Positions 27,416-28,750 of a DNA stretch of 28,750 nt are shown here, piece by piece. The translations under genes and the position numbers were made by a program. Source of the DNA: Actinomycetota bacterium. Lineage in GTDB: Bacteria; Actinomycetota; Humimicrobiia; Humimicrobiales; Humimicrobiaceae. Every line of letters begins with the position of its first letter. The stretch's first letter is position 1. The notes beneath the pieces were generated by a model, which saw only the letters and a list, made by a program, of their open reading frames with translations, was not told the DNA's origin and searched no databases. The DNA lies in the NCBI GenBank assembly GCA_014360385.1, contig JACIXO010000001.1, positions 1 through 28,750 of the forward strand. The letters run 5' to 3'.

Positions 27416-28672
27416 TTACTCCCTTATATGACCACTCCCATAAACAATAAACTTATTGGTAGTAAGCTCTCTTAATCCCATTGGCCCTCGCCAGTGTAGT
27501 TTCTGGGTGCTTATTCCTATCTCTGCACCCATACCAAACTCTCCCCCGTCAGTGAATCTTGTAGAAGCATTAACATATACAGTCGATGAATCAATAGCTC
27601 TCGTGAAGAGAATGCAGTTTTCATAGCTAGAAGTAATTATAGCATCAGAATGGTGGGAACCATAATGATTTATATGATTTATAGCCTCTTTTATATCTTT
27701 TACAATCTTTACTGCCATTACCAGATCAAGATACTCCTCATACCAATCCTCCTCACTCGCATCCTCCAGTGAAGGACATATATTTCTAGCCAAAGGACAC
27801 CCCTTTAGTCTTACCCCTTTCCCTTCGAGCTTTTCAAGCACAAAGGGCAGAATTTCTTCTGCTACATCCTGGTGGATAATTAACTTTTCAGCTGCATTAC
27901 ATACGCTGGGTCTCTGGGTTTTGGCATTTACTATTATGTTAGCTATAACTTCTTTATTCATATTTTCAAGGTGGTTATCCACGTATATGTGACAGTTGCC
28001 GATGCCAGTTTCAATTACTGGAACCTTGGAATTTTCAATCACACTGTCTATGAGACTTTTTCCGCCTCGGGGTATCAATACATCTACATATTCCCTAAGT
28101 TGCATAAGCTTTATGGCATCTTCTTTTTCTACAGTAGGAATAATCTGAATTATATCAGGTGGAAAGCCGTTTTTCTCAAGAGCGTCCCTCATTATATCCA
28201 CAAGTTTTTTATTGGTATTTATAGCATGGGAACTGCCTCTTAAAATGACGCAATTCCCTGACTTAAGGCATAAAACCGAAGCATCCACAGTAACATTTGG
28301 TCTTGCTTCATAGATTATACCCACAACCCCAAGCGGAACCCTTACATTAGTAAGAATAAGACCATTCGGGAGATTATAGCCAAAAATAACTTCACCAACC
28401 GGGTCGGTAAATTCTATCACCTGATTTATACTTTGAGCAATTTTCTCTATCCTATTCTCATCCAGACGAAGTCTGTCAAGCAGGCTTTCAGATATACCTT
28501 CCTTCTTTGATTTTATAAGGTCCTTTTTATTCTCCTGTATTATTTGTGCACTTTTAAACACAAGCTCTTCTGAAATACTTTTAAGAACCCTGTTTTTTTC
28601 TGCAGTTTTTGCCTCAGAAATAAAATAAGTACATGCTTTAGCCTTTTTTGCAATATCTAAAACTATATCCAT
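27416..28672 (-). CDS. proA: Gamma-glutamyl phosphate reductase (glutamate-5-semialdehyde dehydrogenase)
   Basis: 418 aa. 'VPLGVVGIIYEARPNVT', 'GNCHIYVD', 'RPSVCNAAE', 'NASTRFTDGGEFG.GAEIGISTQKLH.RGPMGL'. GGAG SD. Confidence 0.98.
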   Translation of the reverse strand: MDIVLDIAKKAKACTYFISEAKTAEKNRVLKSISEELVFKSAQIIQENKKDLIKSKKEGISESLLDRLRLDENRIEKIAQSINQVIEFTDPVGEVIFGYNLPNGLILTNVRVPLGVVGIIYEARPNVTVDASVLCLKSGNCVILRGSSHAINTNKKLVDIMRDALEKNGFPPDIIQIIPTVEKEDAIKLMQLREYVDVLIPRGGKSLIDSVIENSKVPVIETGIGNCHIYVDNHLENMNKEVIANIIVNAKTQRPSVCNAAEKLIIHQDVAEEILPFVLEKLEGKGVRLKGCPLARNICPSLEDASEEDWYEEYLDLVMAVKIVKDIKEAINHINHYGSHHSDAIITSSYENCILFTRAIDSSTVYVNASTRFTDGGEFGMGAEIGISTQKLHWRGPMGLRELTTNKFIVYGSGHIRE

Positions 28673-28718
28673 TTACACTCCATACTCTTATATTTTTTAC
28701 ACCCCATACTCTTATATT
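28672..28718. repeat. 24-bp period duplication of the proA ribosome-binding region
   Basis: tttacactccatactcttatatt / tttacaccccatactcttatatt. The distal copy has GGAG changed to GGGG. Confidence 0.8.
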
Positions 28719-28750
28719 CATGTATTCTGATACATTTCTGGCTTTCATTC

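Noticed and set aside
1182-28243. Numerous plus-strand ORFs of 60-221 aa antisense to the WL and housekeeping genes (e.g. 3063-3728, 7783-8280, 17166-17642, 21901-22425, 24572-25069), and minus ORF 23139-23333 inside leuS
   Set aside because: Shadow ORFs fully overlapping confidently identified genes, with no family motifs.
28673-28750. 3' end of an upstream gene (proB expected) at the right edge
   Set aside because: Open frames exist but show no recognisable ProB C-terminus. Too little sequence to call.

Overview
AT-rich bacterial chromosomal segment with no mobile elements, read almost entirely on the minus strand. The left half (611-12350) is a Wood-Ljungdahl (acetyl-CoA pathway) cluster in transcription order acsV(RACo)-cooC/acsF // acsD-cooS(acsA)-acsB-acsC-fhs. 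It is followed by a bacterial-microcompartment vertex gene (EutN/CcmL) and the first codons of another gene at the window edge. acsE, folD and metF are not in the cluster. The right half is a housekeeping block: proA-nadD-yqeK-LCP-rsfS-leuS-(pfpI, + strand)-comEA-comEC-holA-(rpsT, + strand)-murJ-lepA. This gene order and the RpsT N-terminus suggest a deep-branching, low-GC acetogen-like Actinomycetota such as Ca. Humimicrobiia (inference only). The main points for follow-up are: (1) a divergent BMC vertex gene next to the CODH/ACS-fhs cluster; (2) probable ATA translation starts for nadD and possibly rsfS; (3) an LCP protein that has lost its catalytic Arg/Asp residues and carries two LytR_C domains; (4) a dense signature of short tandem duplications, in-frame inside genes and mostly out-of-frame between genes.
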